17,827 bases of DNA, taken from positions 1 to 17,827 of the IMG/VR virus record IMGVR_UViG_2778261533_000006. The stretch is one strand, 5' to 3'. The notes beneath the pieces are model-generated. The model saw only the letters and a list, made by a program, of their open reading frames with translations. It was not told the DNA's origin and searched no databases. Shown in pieces: positions 1-9,780 of the stretch. A program made the position numbers and the translations under genes. Within the stretch, counting starts at the first letter, position 1. Each line of letters opens with the position of its first letter. Origin of the DNA: a virus. Taxonomy: Duplodnaviria; Heunggongvirae; Uroviricota; Caudoviricetes.

Positions 1-750
1 TCAGTCAATTGTTTTGTTTATTCCATCTGTGACGCCGATTATTTTCTCAAAATAATGAGATGGCGTGACACCATAATAATCTTTAAATGCACATATGAAA
101 TATGAAGTACTGTTATAGCCACATTTCTGGGCTACGACATTGATAGAATAAGAGTTTGAAGTTATGAGTTTTTTTGCATACCTCATCCTAGTATCTCTCA
201 ATATTTCAGTAAATGACGTTCCTTCATCCCTTAATCTTTTTTTTATTAAACTTTCACTCGTATAAATCAATTCCGCAATATCTTTTAAATGCCATTGCCG
301 CTCAATATTAAAACTGATTATTCCAGTAATTTTACAGGTAAATGTATTTATATTTGTTAGTATAAAAGAATTTACACTTTCGCGTTTTTTGAACATGGCA
401 AGTAAGGATATACATAGTCTTTCTTTTAACCAAAGGGAGTGTGAGTCTGCTATTTTAATCCCTTCAAACAGAGAAAAAACAAGCGATAATGGAGGTTCCT
501 CTTCAGCAATATAGCCATTCTTATCAAGAGTAAATTTGCCAGGCAGCTCATTATTCACGTCGATAAAAAAGGATAAACAAGTTTTCTTATCTATATCAAC
601 AATTCTTAGTTTAGAGGGGCATACTGGTAACTCCCTTCTAATTTTGTCGCTTACAATAAACAATGAATTTTTTTTGAACGAGATAACTCTCCTGTTTATA
701 ATTAAATCAAATGATTGACAGATGAAAACTACGGAGCAAACATAATCCAT
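1..750 (-). CDS. appY: AraC-family transcriptional activator AppY (249 aa)
   Basis: Full-length ORF; C-terminal AraC-type HTH (…[26 protein letters not shown]); sequence and length match my memory of E. coli AppY; position at the prophage edge next to tfaX/ybcY fits. Stop codon is nt 1-3. Confidence 0.75.
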
Positions 751-1367
751 CTTGCACCTATCATAAAATTAAAACAAGTTGATAGCAGTCAAATAACAAC
801 CAATTAAATACACAATCATAATCAGGATGATGTGCATTTATATTTTTATACACAAAATTATAGTTTGCAAATTTTAATAAATTTCATTTAAGATTAAATT
901 ATTATATGTATATTGTTTTTTATTCTAACGTATTTCAAAGTTACATTTTTCAACGCTTACTATACTTTTTATTAACATAAACTCACTACAACGCACCTGA
1001 AACCTCTTGCTATATATATGTCAACCGTTTGAATTTAAAATAAAAAGAGTATCATTTTTACTTGCATTTCTTATCAAGTCACATTCAACAACAGTAAAAA
1101 AACATTATTAGAACCATTCAATTAACAAAAAAACCAACATCCAGCTTGCTTAATTTTTCTTTATTAAACGATATTGAAAATCAATTGATAAAATACATCT
1201 AAACAACCTTTTGGGGCGCAAAAGCATAACATCAAACAAATAACACACCGAAAAAACTCACAATTAATAACCTATGATATACATACTGTTTATTATGGTT
1301 GAATAAGCCACTCGATATCTGGTGCTACGGAAGTGTCCACACGGTTTAGCAGCACCCGATACTTTTT

Positions 1368-1553
1368 TCAGGCTTCCAGCAACGATCTTTCTTCCTCCGT
1401 TGCGATTTCCAGATCTACAGCATCCTGCAGTGGCGCAATATACTCACTGAATTCCTGGATGTAGAACTGTGTGGTGACGGTCTTCCAGCTATTCGGCTCC
1501 TGCTGTATTGAAGCATACCAGGCTATTTCAATATCGCTATGCTGCGGCAGCAT
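1368..1553 (-). pseudogene. tfaX: Truncated tail fibre assembly protein remnant (Tfa C-terminal half, premature stop)
   Basis: The 61-aa ORF ends …[22 protein letters not shown] then TGA, where the intact tfa at 4064-4639 has TGG (W); the following codons still encode [13 protein letters not shown]… About 110 nt at roughly 88% identity (hand alignment) to 4111-4222. Confidence 0.6.
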
Positions 1554-1609
1554 TTAACCCCTTGTAATTCATTGCCATAATTGATTTAATTCACAAATAA
1601 AACTATAAC

Positions 1610-2278
1610 ATGGTGAAATTAATGAAAAAAAACACAGATGATGGGGCTAAAATTTACACACCACTTACCCTAAAGCTTTATGACTGGTGGGTTTTGGGAG
1701 TATCAAATCGGCTTGCATGGGGATGTCCTACAAAGGAACACCTTCTTCCACACTTTCTGGAACATTTAGGTAACAACCATCTGGATATTGGTGTTGGAAC
1801 TGGGTTTTACCTTACTCACGTACCTGAGAGTAGTCTGATATCTTTAATGGATTTGAACGAAGCTAGCCTGAACGCGGCATCTACAAGGGCTGGGGAATCA
1901 AAAATTAAACATAAAATTAACCATGATGTTTTTGAACCTTATCCCGCGGCGTTACATGGTCAATTTGATTCCATTTCCATGTTTTACCTTCTTCACTGCC
2001 TGCCTGGAAATATATCTACAAAAAGCTGTGTAATACGCAATGCGGCGCAGGCCTTAACTGACGATGGAACTCTATACGGAGCCACAATTCTTGGCGATGG
2101 AGTTGTGCACAATAGCTTCGGTCAAAAACTGATGCGCATTTACAATCAGAAAGGCATCTTTTCAAACACAAAAGATTCCGAAGAAGGCTTAACACATATA
2201 CTCTCAGAGCATTTCGAGAATGTTAAAACCAAGGTTCAAGGTACTGTAGTAATGTTTTCCGCTTCAGGGAAAAAATAG
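1610..2278 (+). CDS. ybcY: Class I SAM-dependent methyltransferase-like protein (YbcY-like); alternative start at 1622 has the better SD
   Basis: 222-aa ORF with methyltransferase motif I (LDIGVGTG); GGTGA Shine-Dalgarno 5 nt before the ATG at 1622; hairpin plus T-run immediately downstream. Confidence 0.65.
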   Translation: MVKLMKKNTDDGAKIYTPLTLKLYDWWVLGVSNRLAWGCPTKEHLLPHFLEHLGNNHLDIGVGTGFYLTHVPESSLISLMDLNEASLNAASTRAGESKIKHKINHDVFEPYPAALHGQFDSISMFYLLHCLPGNISTKSCVIRNAAQALTDDGTLYGATILGDGVVHNSFGQKLMRIYNQKGIFSNTKDSEEGLTHILSEHFENVKTKVQGTVVMFSASGKK

Positions 2279-2283
2279 CATCC

Positions 2284-2327
2284 AACCGCAGCACGTTCTT
2301 GCATAAGGCGTGTCTGCGGTTTTTCAA
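2284..2327 (+). terminator. Putative rho-independent terminator downstream of the methyltransferase gene
   Basis: aaccgcag (2284-2291) pairs with ctgcggtt (2314-2321), with further inner pairing cacg/cgtg, followed by TTTTTC. Confidence 0.4.
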
Positions 2328-2642
2328 CTATTCAGATACATCACTCCCATCACATTCATTCCTCCGCATCATAGGCATATAGGCTATATCACCTTGATAT
2401 TTTTCTTCTTCAGATAAAAACTGTTATCTATGTATACTTTTAAACCCAATCCGTGTAGAGTCTCTGCATAAGATAGTTTGCAGTTGCCACTTCAGCTTGC
2501 GCCATAAACCGCCTGATTTTTGCTGCCACCTGTTAGCATTCCTGTATACCTGAAACGACAATGTTTATCTACGAACTTTAAGAACCCCCAGGATAAAAAT
2601 TGTCAACTATATCATATATAACACATTACTAATTCGAGGCTA

Positions 2643-2756
2643 TATGAACAGCATACTGATAATCACTTCGCTCCTTATCATATTCAGCATTTTTAGTCAT
2701 GCGCTAATAAAATTAGGGATTGGCATATCCAATAACCCAGACAAAACCGATGTATA
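2643..2756 (+). CDS. Candidate small hydrophobic protein (37 aa, [37 protein letters not shown])
   Basis: ATG preceded by GAGG at -10 to -7; strongly hydrophobic N-terminal 20 residues typical of a single-pass small membrane protein; lies in the leader of the ynaE/ydfK-like gene. Confidence 0.3.
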
Positions 2757-2825
2757 AGTCAACATATCCTGAATCAGACATACAATATCGCAATGAAAAT
2801 CAATAATATTTTAAGGAATATCTTC

Positions 2826-3059
2826 ATGAAATCAAAAGACACCCTAAAGTGGTTCCCTGCGCAGCTTCCTGAAGTAAGAATTATCCTAGGGGATGCTGTA
2901 GTGGAAGTAGCAAAACAGGGAAGACCTATCAATACCAGAACATTGCTTGATTACATTGAAGGAAACATAAAGAAAAAATCATGGCTGGATAACAAAGAAT
3001 TATTACAAACAGCGATATCAGTTCTTAAAGACAACCAAAATTTAAATGGTAAAATGTAA
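2826..3059 (+). CDS. YnaE/YdfK-like small prophage protein (77 aa from the ATG at 2826; ORF is open from 2793)
   Basis: Small ORF immediately upstream of a PinR/PinQ-type invertase, the same arrangement I recall for Rac (ynaE-pinR) and Qin (ydfK-pinQ); AAGGA SD upstream of 2826. Family assignment is from memory, not verified. Confidence 0.45.
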   Translation: MKSKDTLKWFPAQLPEVRIILGDAVVEVAKQGRPINTRTLLDYIEGNIKKKSWLDNKELLQTAISVLKDNQNLNGKM

Positions 3060-3375
3060 TATAATAAACTTACTTTTTTATCATTTTTCCACTTTAACAA
3101 CATTTTGCTCCACTTTTCCACGACCAAACAACTTGAAATCTGGTTAAAATAACACGCAACACTATTCTTCTTCCTTGAGTCCGCCCGGAACTCGAAAAAC
3201 AAACCGAGTTAAAGCCATTTTTCACAAAATCGATTTTGGGTCTCACCAAAATTACGGGGTTGCATACGCATTCGTTTATTTTCGAACGTGTACATACAAA
3301 TATGCACAAAAATAATCATAATTATTTTCTGAGATGCATTATGATATGAACACCAATTTCGTATAGAGTCTCACT

Positions 3376-3966
3376 ATGTCTCAAATTTTTGCTTACTGTC
3401 GGATATCAACGCTGGATCAGACCACCGAAAATCAACGCCGGGAAATCGAAAGTGCAGGTTTTAAAATCAAACCTCAGCAAATAATCGAAGAACACATTAG
3501 CGGCTCAGCAGCAACCAGTGAGCGTCCTGGTTTTAACCGGTTGCTTGCTCGCCTGAAATGTGGTGATCAATTGATTGTGACAAAACTGGATCGCCTTGGT
3601 TGTAATGCAATGGATATCAGGAAAACAGTGGAACAACTGACCGAAACAGGTATCAGAGTGCATTGCTTAGCATTGGGGGGCATTGACCTGACCAGTCCAA
3701 CAGGAAAAATGATGATGCAAGTAATTTCAGCAGTCGCTGAATTTGAACGAGACCTTTTACTTGAACGCACTCATTCCGGGATAGTAAGAGCCCGCGGCGC
3801 AGGGAAACGTTTTGGTCGACCACCTGTGTTAAATGAAGAACAGAAACAGGCGGTATTCGAACGAATTAAGTCAGGTGTAAGTATAAGTGCCATTGCCCGG
3901 GAATTCAAAACCTCGCGGCAAACCATTTTAAGAGCCAAAGCAAAACTTCAGACACCTGACATATAA
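3376..3966 (+). CDS. Serine DNA invertase, Pin/Gin/Hin family (196 aa, PinR/PinQ-like)
   Basis: N-terminal resolvase catalytic motif with the active-site Ser (…YCRISTLDQ…), C-terminal HTH ([18 protein letters not shown]); length as in PinR/PinQ; adjacent to tfa and a tail-fibre tip. Confidence 0.85.
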   Translation: MSQIFAYCRISTLDQTTENQRREIESAGFKIKPQQIIEEHISGSAATSERPGFNRLLARLKCGDQLIVTKLDRLGCNAMDIRKTVEQLTETGIRVHCLALGGIDLTSPTGKMMMQVISAVAEFERDLLLERTHSGIVRARGAGKRFGRPPVLNEEQKQAVFERIKSGVSISAIAREFKTSRQTILRAKAKLQTPDI

Positions 3967-4063
3967 AAAATAATCTCGGTGTGAGATGCTTTACGTCTTC
4001 CAAGCCCCCTTCCTTGCCGTAAATGGAAAGATACATCTAATTATAGAATTTATATGTTTTACC

Positions 4064-4639
4064 CTACGGCAGTGCTGGCCATTCAATATCCTGTGCAGTT
4101 GACGTATCAACACGGTTCAGCAATACCCGATACTTTTTCCATGCTTCCAGCAACGAGATTTCTTCCTCCGTTGCAATTTCCAGATCTGCAGCATCCTGAA
4201 GCGGCGCAATATGCTCACTGGCTACCTGCATCAGGTTGTTTTTTGTTTCTTCCGCCTCCCGGATCCGGAACAGTTTTTCTGCTTCCGTATCCTTCACCCA
4301 GGCTGTGCCGTTCCACTTCTGAAACTCCCCTTCCGGCGATAACCAGGTAACATTTTTCGGTAACGGACCGAGTTCAGAAATAAATAACGCGTCGCCGGAA
4401 GCCACGTCATAAACCGTTTTACCCCGATGATCTTCAACGAGATGCCACGATGCCTCATCACTGTTGAAAACAGCCACAAAGCCAGCAGGAATATCTGGTG
4501 GTGCAATATCGGTACTGTTTGCTGGCAGACCTGTATGAGGCGGAATATATGCGTCACCTTCACCAATAAATTCATTAGTTCCGGCCAGCAGATTATAAAT
4601 TTTTATGGTCCGTGGTTGTTCACTCATTCTGAATGCCAT
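4064..4639 (-). CDS. Tail fibre assembly protein (Tfa, 191 aa)
   Basis: Typical Tfa C-terminus (…[36 protein letters not shown]…); start codon shares one nucleotide with the stop of the upstream tail-fibre fragment (TAATG). Confidence 0.85.
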   Translation of the reverse strand: MAFRMSEQPRTIKIYNLLAGTNEFIGEGDAYIPPHTGLPANSTDIAPPDIPAGFVAVFNSDEASWHLVEDHRGKTVYDVASGDALFISELGPLPKNVTWLSPEGEFQKWNGTAWVKDTEAEKLFRIREAEETKNNLMQVASEHIAPLQDAADLEIATEEEISLLEAWKKYRVLLNRVDTSTAQDIEWPALP

Positions 4640-4914
4640 TATGCAAGCCTCACAATATAGTTAAATGCGATGTTTTTGACGGTGTTTTCCGCGTTACCAG
4701 CAGCGTTAACGGTGATGGTGTGTCCATGTGAACCAATCGCAACGGAGTGCGTATGAGCACCAATACCGACAGTATGCGCGTGTGCACCTGCAGATGCTGC
4801 TGTGCCGGACAGTGAATGGCTATGATTACCATCTGTACTGGTATTCGCTAACCACCCCGTAGACATACCTACTGAGCCTTGTACACCCGTTGTTAACTTA
4901 TCCATGGATTTCAT
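4639..4914 (-). pseudogene. Side tail fibre C-terminal tip fragment (constant N-terminal part of stf absent), with its own SD and ATG
   Basis: Ends in the canonical tail-fibre terminus …[15 protein letters not shown]; His-rich GxHxH repeats (HSHSL…AHAHTV…AHTHSV…SHGHTI); GAGGTG SD 5 nt upstream of the ATG at 4914; no upstream fibre shaft is encoded. Confidence 0.6.
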
Positions 4915-5040
4915 AACCCCACCTCGCAGACAAAGCGGGTGTAAATTGAGGGAATACAACGTATCGCAAAAAAGCAGAAACGTAACAGACTCGGAGTCAG
5001 TGAATAACTCAGGTATTGGGTTATCAGCTAATATCGAGAC

Positions 5041-5076
5041 TCAAAAAATGGAAAAACCCGCTCGACGGCGGGTTTA
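5041..5076 (-). terminator. Orphan rho-independent terminator on the minus strand
   Basis: aaacccgc (5054-5061) / gcgggttt (5068-5075) stem with a 6-nt loop; on the minus strand it is followed by a U-rich tract (rc of tcaaaaaatggaaaa). Confidence 0.35.
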
Positions 5077-5503
5077 AGCTGTGTGACGAAGTAACCACTC
5101 TTAACAGCATAACCAATTTTTTACGTACGTAAACCACAAAATGATATTTGCGAGAATGCTACCGAGTATTGAAAACACCACTACAAATACATAAGCAAAT
5201 CTCAACAAATAACCAACAAATAATTTCCAGTGTTATTTTTAGCCGATTTAAATTGAACCTTCAAATTACAGAGCACTTATAAATAACAGCCGTTAATATA
5301 AATTGGCTAATAGATTTATTTTTATTCAGCCAAGATCCATGAATAGGATTCGATAGAAAAAAGTTCAGATAAAAATAGAGATCTACTTCACAAATCAAAC
5401 GAGAAACCAAAACTTACATCTTGAAATAATCACATTGATTAGATGAATATTTATCGCGCAGTGACATCATTTTTTAATAATAGTTCAAAAAAAAGGGCTC
5501 ACG

Positions 5504-6586
5504 ATGAAAAAATTAACAGTGGCAATTTCTGCTGTAGCTGCATCAGTACTGATGGCGATGTCTGCTCAGGCAGCTGAAATTTATAATAAAGACAGTAACA
5601 AGCTGGATCTATATGGGAAAGTTAATGCCAAGCACTACTTCTCCTCTAATGATGCAGATGATGGTGATACTACTTATGCCCGTCTTGGCTTCAAAGGTGA
5701 AACCCAAATCAACGATCAACTGACTGGTTTCGGTCAGTGGGAATATGAATTCAAAGGCAACCGCGCTGAATCTCAAGGCTCCTCCAAAGACAAAACCCGT
5801 CTTGCATTTGCAGGCCTGAAATTCGGGGACTACGGCTCAATCGATTACGGCCGTAACTACGGTGTAGCATATGACATCGGTGCGTGGACTGACGTTCTGC
5901 CAGAATTCGGTGGCGATACCTGGACCCAAACAGATGTGTTCATGACTGGTCGCACCACTGGTGTTGCAACTTATCGTAACAACGACTTCTTTGGTCTGGT
6001 TGATGGTCTGAACTTTGCTGCTCAGTATCAGGGTAAAAATGACCGCACTGACGTAACTGAAGCTAATGGTGATGGTTTCGGTTTCTCCACTACTTATGAG
6101 TATGAAGGATTCGGTGTAGGTGCAACCTATGCTAAATCTGACCGCACTAATAATCAGGTTATCTACGGTAACAACAGCCTGAATGCATCTGGTCAAAATG
6201 CTGAAGTATGGGCAGCTGGTCTGAAATATGATGCGAACAACATCTATCTGGCTACCACCTATTCTGAAACCCAGAACATGACTGTTTTTGGTAATAACCA
6301 TATTGCCAACAAAGCACAAAACTTCGAAGTAGTTGCACAATATCAGTTCGACTTCGGTCTGCGTCCGTCCGTTGCTTACCTGCAATCTAAAGGAAAAGAC
6401 TTGGGTGCGTGGGGTGATCAGGACCTGGTTGAATATATTGATGTAGGTGCAACCTATTACTTCAACAAAAATATGTCCACTTTTGTTGATTACAAAATCA
6501 ACCTGATTGATAAGAGCGATTTCACGAAAGCATCTGGCGTTGCTACCGATGATATCGTTGCTGTAGGTATGGTTTACCAGTTCTAA
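5504..6586 (+). CDS. nmpC: General porin of the OmpC/OmpF family, prophage-encoded NmpC/OmpD/Lc-like (360 aa, apparently intact)
   Basis: Signal peptide [29 protein letters not shown]; porin-like sequence throughout; C-terminal aromatic …VYQF; SD upstream; convergent with the Q gene as in DLP12. Confidence 0.9.
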   Translation: MKKLTVAISAVAASVLMAMSAQAAEIYNKDSNKLDLYGKVNAKHYFSSNDADDGDTTYARLGFKGETQINDQLTGFGQWEYEFKGNRAESQGSSKDKTRLAFAGLKFGDYGSIDYGRNYGVAYDIGAWTDVLPEFGGDTWTQTDVFMTGRTTGVATYRNNDFFGLVDGLNFAAQYQGKNDRTDVTEANGDGFGFSTTYEYEGFGVGATYAKSDRTNNQVIYGNNSLNASGQNAEVWAAGLKYDANNIYLATTYSETQNMTVFGNNHIANKAQNFEVVAQYQFDFGLRPSVAYLQSKGKDLGAWGDQDLVEYIDVGATYYFNKNMSTFVDYKINLIDKSDFTKASGVATDDIVAVGMVYQF

Positions 6587-6707
6587 TTTGATTACTAAAA
6601 GATATGTTGCGGGAGGCTTTGCCTCCCCAACATATAAGTGGCTCCCTCAAGCCACTTCCTTTAGGAGCACAACCTTGCTTCTAACTATATAAACCTTCTG
6701 TTATATA

Positions 6708-6757
6708 TTACCCTTTATTTTTGGGGGCGTTGCAACGCCCCATTTTTAATAATTTTT
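6708..6757 (+). terminator. Rho-independent terminator downstream of the porin gene (palindrome gggggcgttgcaacgcccc flanked by T-runs)
   Basis: Perfect GC-rich palindrome at 6723-6741, followed by ATTTTTAATAATTTTT on the plus strand. Confidence 0.5.
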
Positions 6758-6774
6758 AGTAAACAATTGGCATA

Positions 6775-7158
6775 TTAATTAGAGTTATTAACAACGATAT
6801 CCATCTCTAACCGGATATCTAATGCCATTAACATCCCTTCAATTATGCCCTCAGCCTTCTGTAACCTTTTCCCGATATAACCATCAGAGCAGCAATGCTT
6901 ACCTGCCAGTGACATGAATGTCATACCGACTACATAATAATCTACTAATAAATCGTGCAAATCGCTGTTGTTCTTTTTCAGACGGGCCATGCACCCGCAA
7001 ATAATCATCGCGTCATCGTCACAACATTGCGGGCGAGATTTTACTTTTGAAGTAATTAATCCCTTAAAACCGGCGGCAATGGACGACCAGGTCACATCTT
7101 CATGATTATTAGCCGCCCACGCTCCCCAACGCTCAAGAACCATCTGAATATCACGCAT
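6775..7158 (-). CDS. quuD: Late-gene antitermination protein Q (phage 82/DLP12 type, 127 aa from the ATG at 7158; ORF is open to 7173 via TTG)
   Basis: Sequence ([22 protein letters not shown]…) matches my memory of QuuD; Cys-rich region ([14 protein letters not shown]…HCC); GGAG SD before the ATG at 7158; sits between rusA and the porin as in DLP12. Confidence 0.8.
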   Translation of the reverse strand: MRDIQMVLERWGAWAANNHEDVTWSSIAAGFKGLITSKVKSRPQCCDDDAMIICGCMARLKKNNSDLHDLLVDYYVVGMTFMSLAGKHCCSDGYIGKRLQKAEGIIEGMLMALDIRLEMDIVVNNSN

Positions 7159-7243
7159 CAACTTACTCCACAAAAATCAGACCAGAACGCCAATTACAAG
7201 CAAAAATCAACAAAACAGTATTAGTTGATTGTTATCTCTGACT

Positions 7244-7384
7244 TCATACTCCTGCTCCTGTCAGGGTTTTGGCGTAATTCTTCAGTATTCGGTAATCGGT
7301 CAAAACAGAACCGGGGAAACGATATAAGCGCAGATGCCCCCAGCGGTGGCGAAGAAGTTCTGCCATATAAAACTCAAACATCAT
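7244..7384 (-). CDS. ylcG: Small protein YlcG-like (46 aa, [46 protein letters not shown])
   Basis: Hand translation of the minus strand; ATG overlaps the rusA stop (ATGA-type coupling); length and position between rusA and Q match ylcG as I recall it. Confidence 0.45.
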   Translation of the reverse strand: MMFEFYMAELLRHRWGHLRLYRFPGSVLTDYRILKNYAKTLTGAGV

Positions 7385-7743
7385 TCATTCCCCATTTCGG
7401 TGATGGTCAGTTCCAGCCTCCCACCTTTGGTAACAGGCATCTTCACAACGCGGTAATCAACGACCTGAGCATCATCCAGCCAGAAACCTGCTTTGGTGAG
7501 TGCGTCAAAAGCGGCTTTTTGCAGATTATCCAGGTCACGGCGACGGCGATCCGGCATGTGGCACTCAATGCGGATTTTCACAGGCATAGCCAGGCCGATA
7601 TCCAGCATTGCGTTTTTAATGATTCGGGCGACGTTATCGCGGTATGCCTGCCCCTCTGCACTGACGTGCGTGCGCCCGCGATTATGGCGGTAATAGCGAT
7701 TATTGCTCGGAGGCCAGGGTAATGTGATACTGTAGGTATTCAC
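7381..7743 (-). CDS. rusA: Holliday junction resolvase RusA (120 aa)
   Basis: Full-length match to remembered RusA ([37 protein letters not shown]…). Confidence 0.9.
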   Translation of the reverse strand: MNTYSITLPWPPSNNRYYRHNRGRTHVSAEGQAYRDNVARIIKNAMLDIGLAMPVKIRIECHMPDRRRRDLDNLQKAAFDALTKAGFWLDDAQVVDYRVVKMPVTKGGRLELTITEMGNE

Positions 7744-7793
7744 GCCTTAATAACCCCCTCTTTCAGCCAGATAACCTGTGTTCTCGCCATACC

Positions 7794-8207
7794 TTACAGC
7801 GCGCATTCTTTTGCATATGCAGCATCGACAAAATGTGTGCGGCGGTCGATTTCGTCGTGGCAGGCAGAACATGCAATGGTGGCAATCAGGTCTGGCGGTT
7901 TGATAGTGGTGATATCACCGGTTACGACATCAACCAGGTCTTTGGTTTCATAGCCGAGATATGTGTGTTTGAGAGCATCTTTTACCCAAGCTGGAGTGGC
8001 GAACGTTTTACCCCTGCTGATGAGGTATTCACTGATTTCGCTGTACCACATGTGGCTGAGTGCATTCTGGGAAAGACTGCGTTTCTCACGCCACGGTTTA
8101 AGCACCATGCGAAAGCATTTGCCCTCCTCCAGATAAGGCTGGATCTGCCGACCGATAGCGGTGAAGTTGCCGCGATGTAATTTGATGCCGTCTTGTGAGA
8201 GGTTCAC
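7794..8207 (-). CDS. Lambdoid nin-region protein (NinB/YbcN-like?), 137 aa, GTG start
   Basis: GTG start preceded by GGAGGTGAAGC; weak motif resemblance to NinB (…[15 protein letters not shown]…); C-terminal CSACHDE…H cluster; sits where lambda carries nin genes. Family assignment is uncertain. Confidence 0.4.
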
Positions 8208-8421
8208 GCTTCACCTCCGCAGAGGTCAAACGCTAGATGCAAAGAATTGCAGGTGCATTTCTGCATCTGTGAAGGGAGAAGAGAGTTTGGATTGTATGTG
8301 CGCATAAACGTCCCCGTTTAGCGCAGAAGTCACCGGAGTTGTTCAGGCTCCGGTGACATAATTATGCCGTGTTGATTTCCCAAAATCAAAATCGATAGAA
8401 TTGCTCCTTCTTAAAACACTT

Positions 8422-9219
8422 TTACTCTCTGGAAGCTTTTCTTATCTCTCTTGGTGTTATATTAAAACGATTATGAAATCTTTCAGTAAAACGAGAAGGA
8501 CACTTATAACCATTTTCTCTGGCAATCTCGCTTATAGGTTTTACCGTCGTTTGTATAGCAGACAACGCATTATTTAACCTCACATCGTCCAGTATACTTT
8601 GGAAACTTACCCCCTCGCTTGCTAGACGGCGATGTAATGTAGAAACAGAAATGTAGAGATATCGAGCAACCTTGTTTGCTGTCCATTTTGTGCCGGGTTC
8701 GGATAGCAGCAGGTTATAACAACGACTTATCAATGATTGTTTACTATATGATAAAAGTAAATGATTAACATGATTCACTCCTAACGAAAGTAGAACGCCC
8801 ATTGCTAAGTGCTCCTGAATTTTAGTTGAGAAGCCTCGGGAAACAGATGTTTTTAGTTGCTCCCAACAATATATTAACTCAGGATTCTGAGGTAAAAAGA
8901 AACTTGTTTTGTTACGTATTTGATCAGTTACCGTATAAAGTTTTTGGAAACTCTCAATTAAATCAATGGGTAAGTAAAGCATTTCTGCAAGATAAAGCCC
9001 TGCTTCAGGATAATTCTCAATATAAAATTCATAACCACAAGGAAATAATATTATTTGATTATTATCAACAGTTAAAGTATGCGTCTCCCAATTGATAACT
9101 TTCTTTCCCTGACGGATACGACACAAAGCTGGCATAAGAGGCTTAACCCTATGAATCTCATGATGTTTATGCATCCGTATTTCTTCGATCTTTAAGTTAG
9201 TCTTACCTCTTGCCAGCAT
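8422..9219 (-). CDS. ybcM: AraC-family transcriptional regulator (265 aa, YbcM-like)
   Basis: C-terminal AraC HTH (…[33 protein letters not shown]); length and gene order (ybcK-ybcL-ybcM) as in DLP12. Confidence 0.8.
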
Positions 9220-9228
9220 ACTCTCACC

Positions 9229-9780
9229 CTACTTTATCTCATAAACTGGTGTTATCTCAGCGGTTGCGATTTTATTAGCATTAAGCATATAACCAACTAA
9301 CGCTCCGCTGGAGTTAGAATCTACAGGAATCTTTTCAGTTTTTAGAGCCCATACTTTAAACTGGTAATGATGTGGTTTATCTCCTTTAGGAGGACATGCG
9401 CCACCAAACCCAGCATAGCCAAAATCATTTCGGCCTTGAACAGCACCAGTCGGCAGTTTTGTTCCATCACGTCTCCCTGCATCAACGGGCAAATATGTTA
9501 CTGTTGCTGGAATATTAACAACAGTCCAATGCCACCAACCACTGCCTGTAGGTGCATCTGGATCATATACAGTTACGGCAAAGCTTTTGGTACCTTCAGG
9601 AACACCAGACCAGGTTAATGAGGGCGATGTATTACCACCTTCACACCCAAATCCAGAAAAGACATGAGACGTTGTAAGTTGCTCTCCTGTTTTTATTTCA
9701 TTACTAGTGACCTGAAATGCTGCAGCCTGCGCAGAAAATGTTATGAATGCCAATACAGTTGAAACGATAAGTGTTTTCAT
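9229..9780 (-). CDS. ybcL: Periplasmic PEBP/RKIP-family (UPF0098) protein YbcL (183 aa)
   Basis: Signal peptide MKTLIVSTVLAFITFSAQA/AAFQ; PEBP-like motifs (…DPDAP…HHYQFKVWAL…); 9 nt upstream of ybcM in the same orientation. Confidence 0.8.
   Translation of the reverse strand: MKTLIVSTVLAFITFSAQAAAFQVTSNEIKTGEQLTTSHVFSGFGCEGGNTSPSLTWSGVPEGTKSFAVTVYDPDAPTGSGWWHWTVVNIPATVTYLPVDAGRRDGTKLPTGAVQGRNDFGYAGFGGACPPKGDKPHHYQFKVWALKTEKIPVDSNSSGALVGYMLNANKIATAEITPVYEIK

Noticed and set aside
4915..4959. Upstream 15 codons of the stf-tip ORF (start at 4959)
   Set aside because: No SD before 4959, whereas the ATG at 4914 has GAGGTG at ideal spacing; the upstream residues ([15 protein letters not shown]) do not resemble tail-fibre sequence.
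5837..6385. 182-aa ORF antisense to the porin gene
   Set aside because: Fully embedded opposite a strongly supported porin CDS; no SD; composition consistent with an antisense artefact.
5504..6586. IS5 interruption of the porin gene, as I recall for nmpC in K-12
   Set aside because: The ORF is continuous (360 aa) with signal peptide and C-terminal aromatic residue; no transposase ORF or IS terminal repeats anywhere in the window.
7225..7722. 165-aa plus-strand ORF overlapping ylcG and rusA
   Set aside because: Antisense to two well-supported genes (rusA is a full-length match); no recognisable domain.
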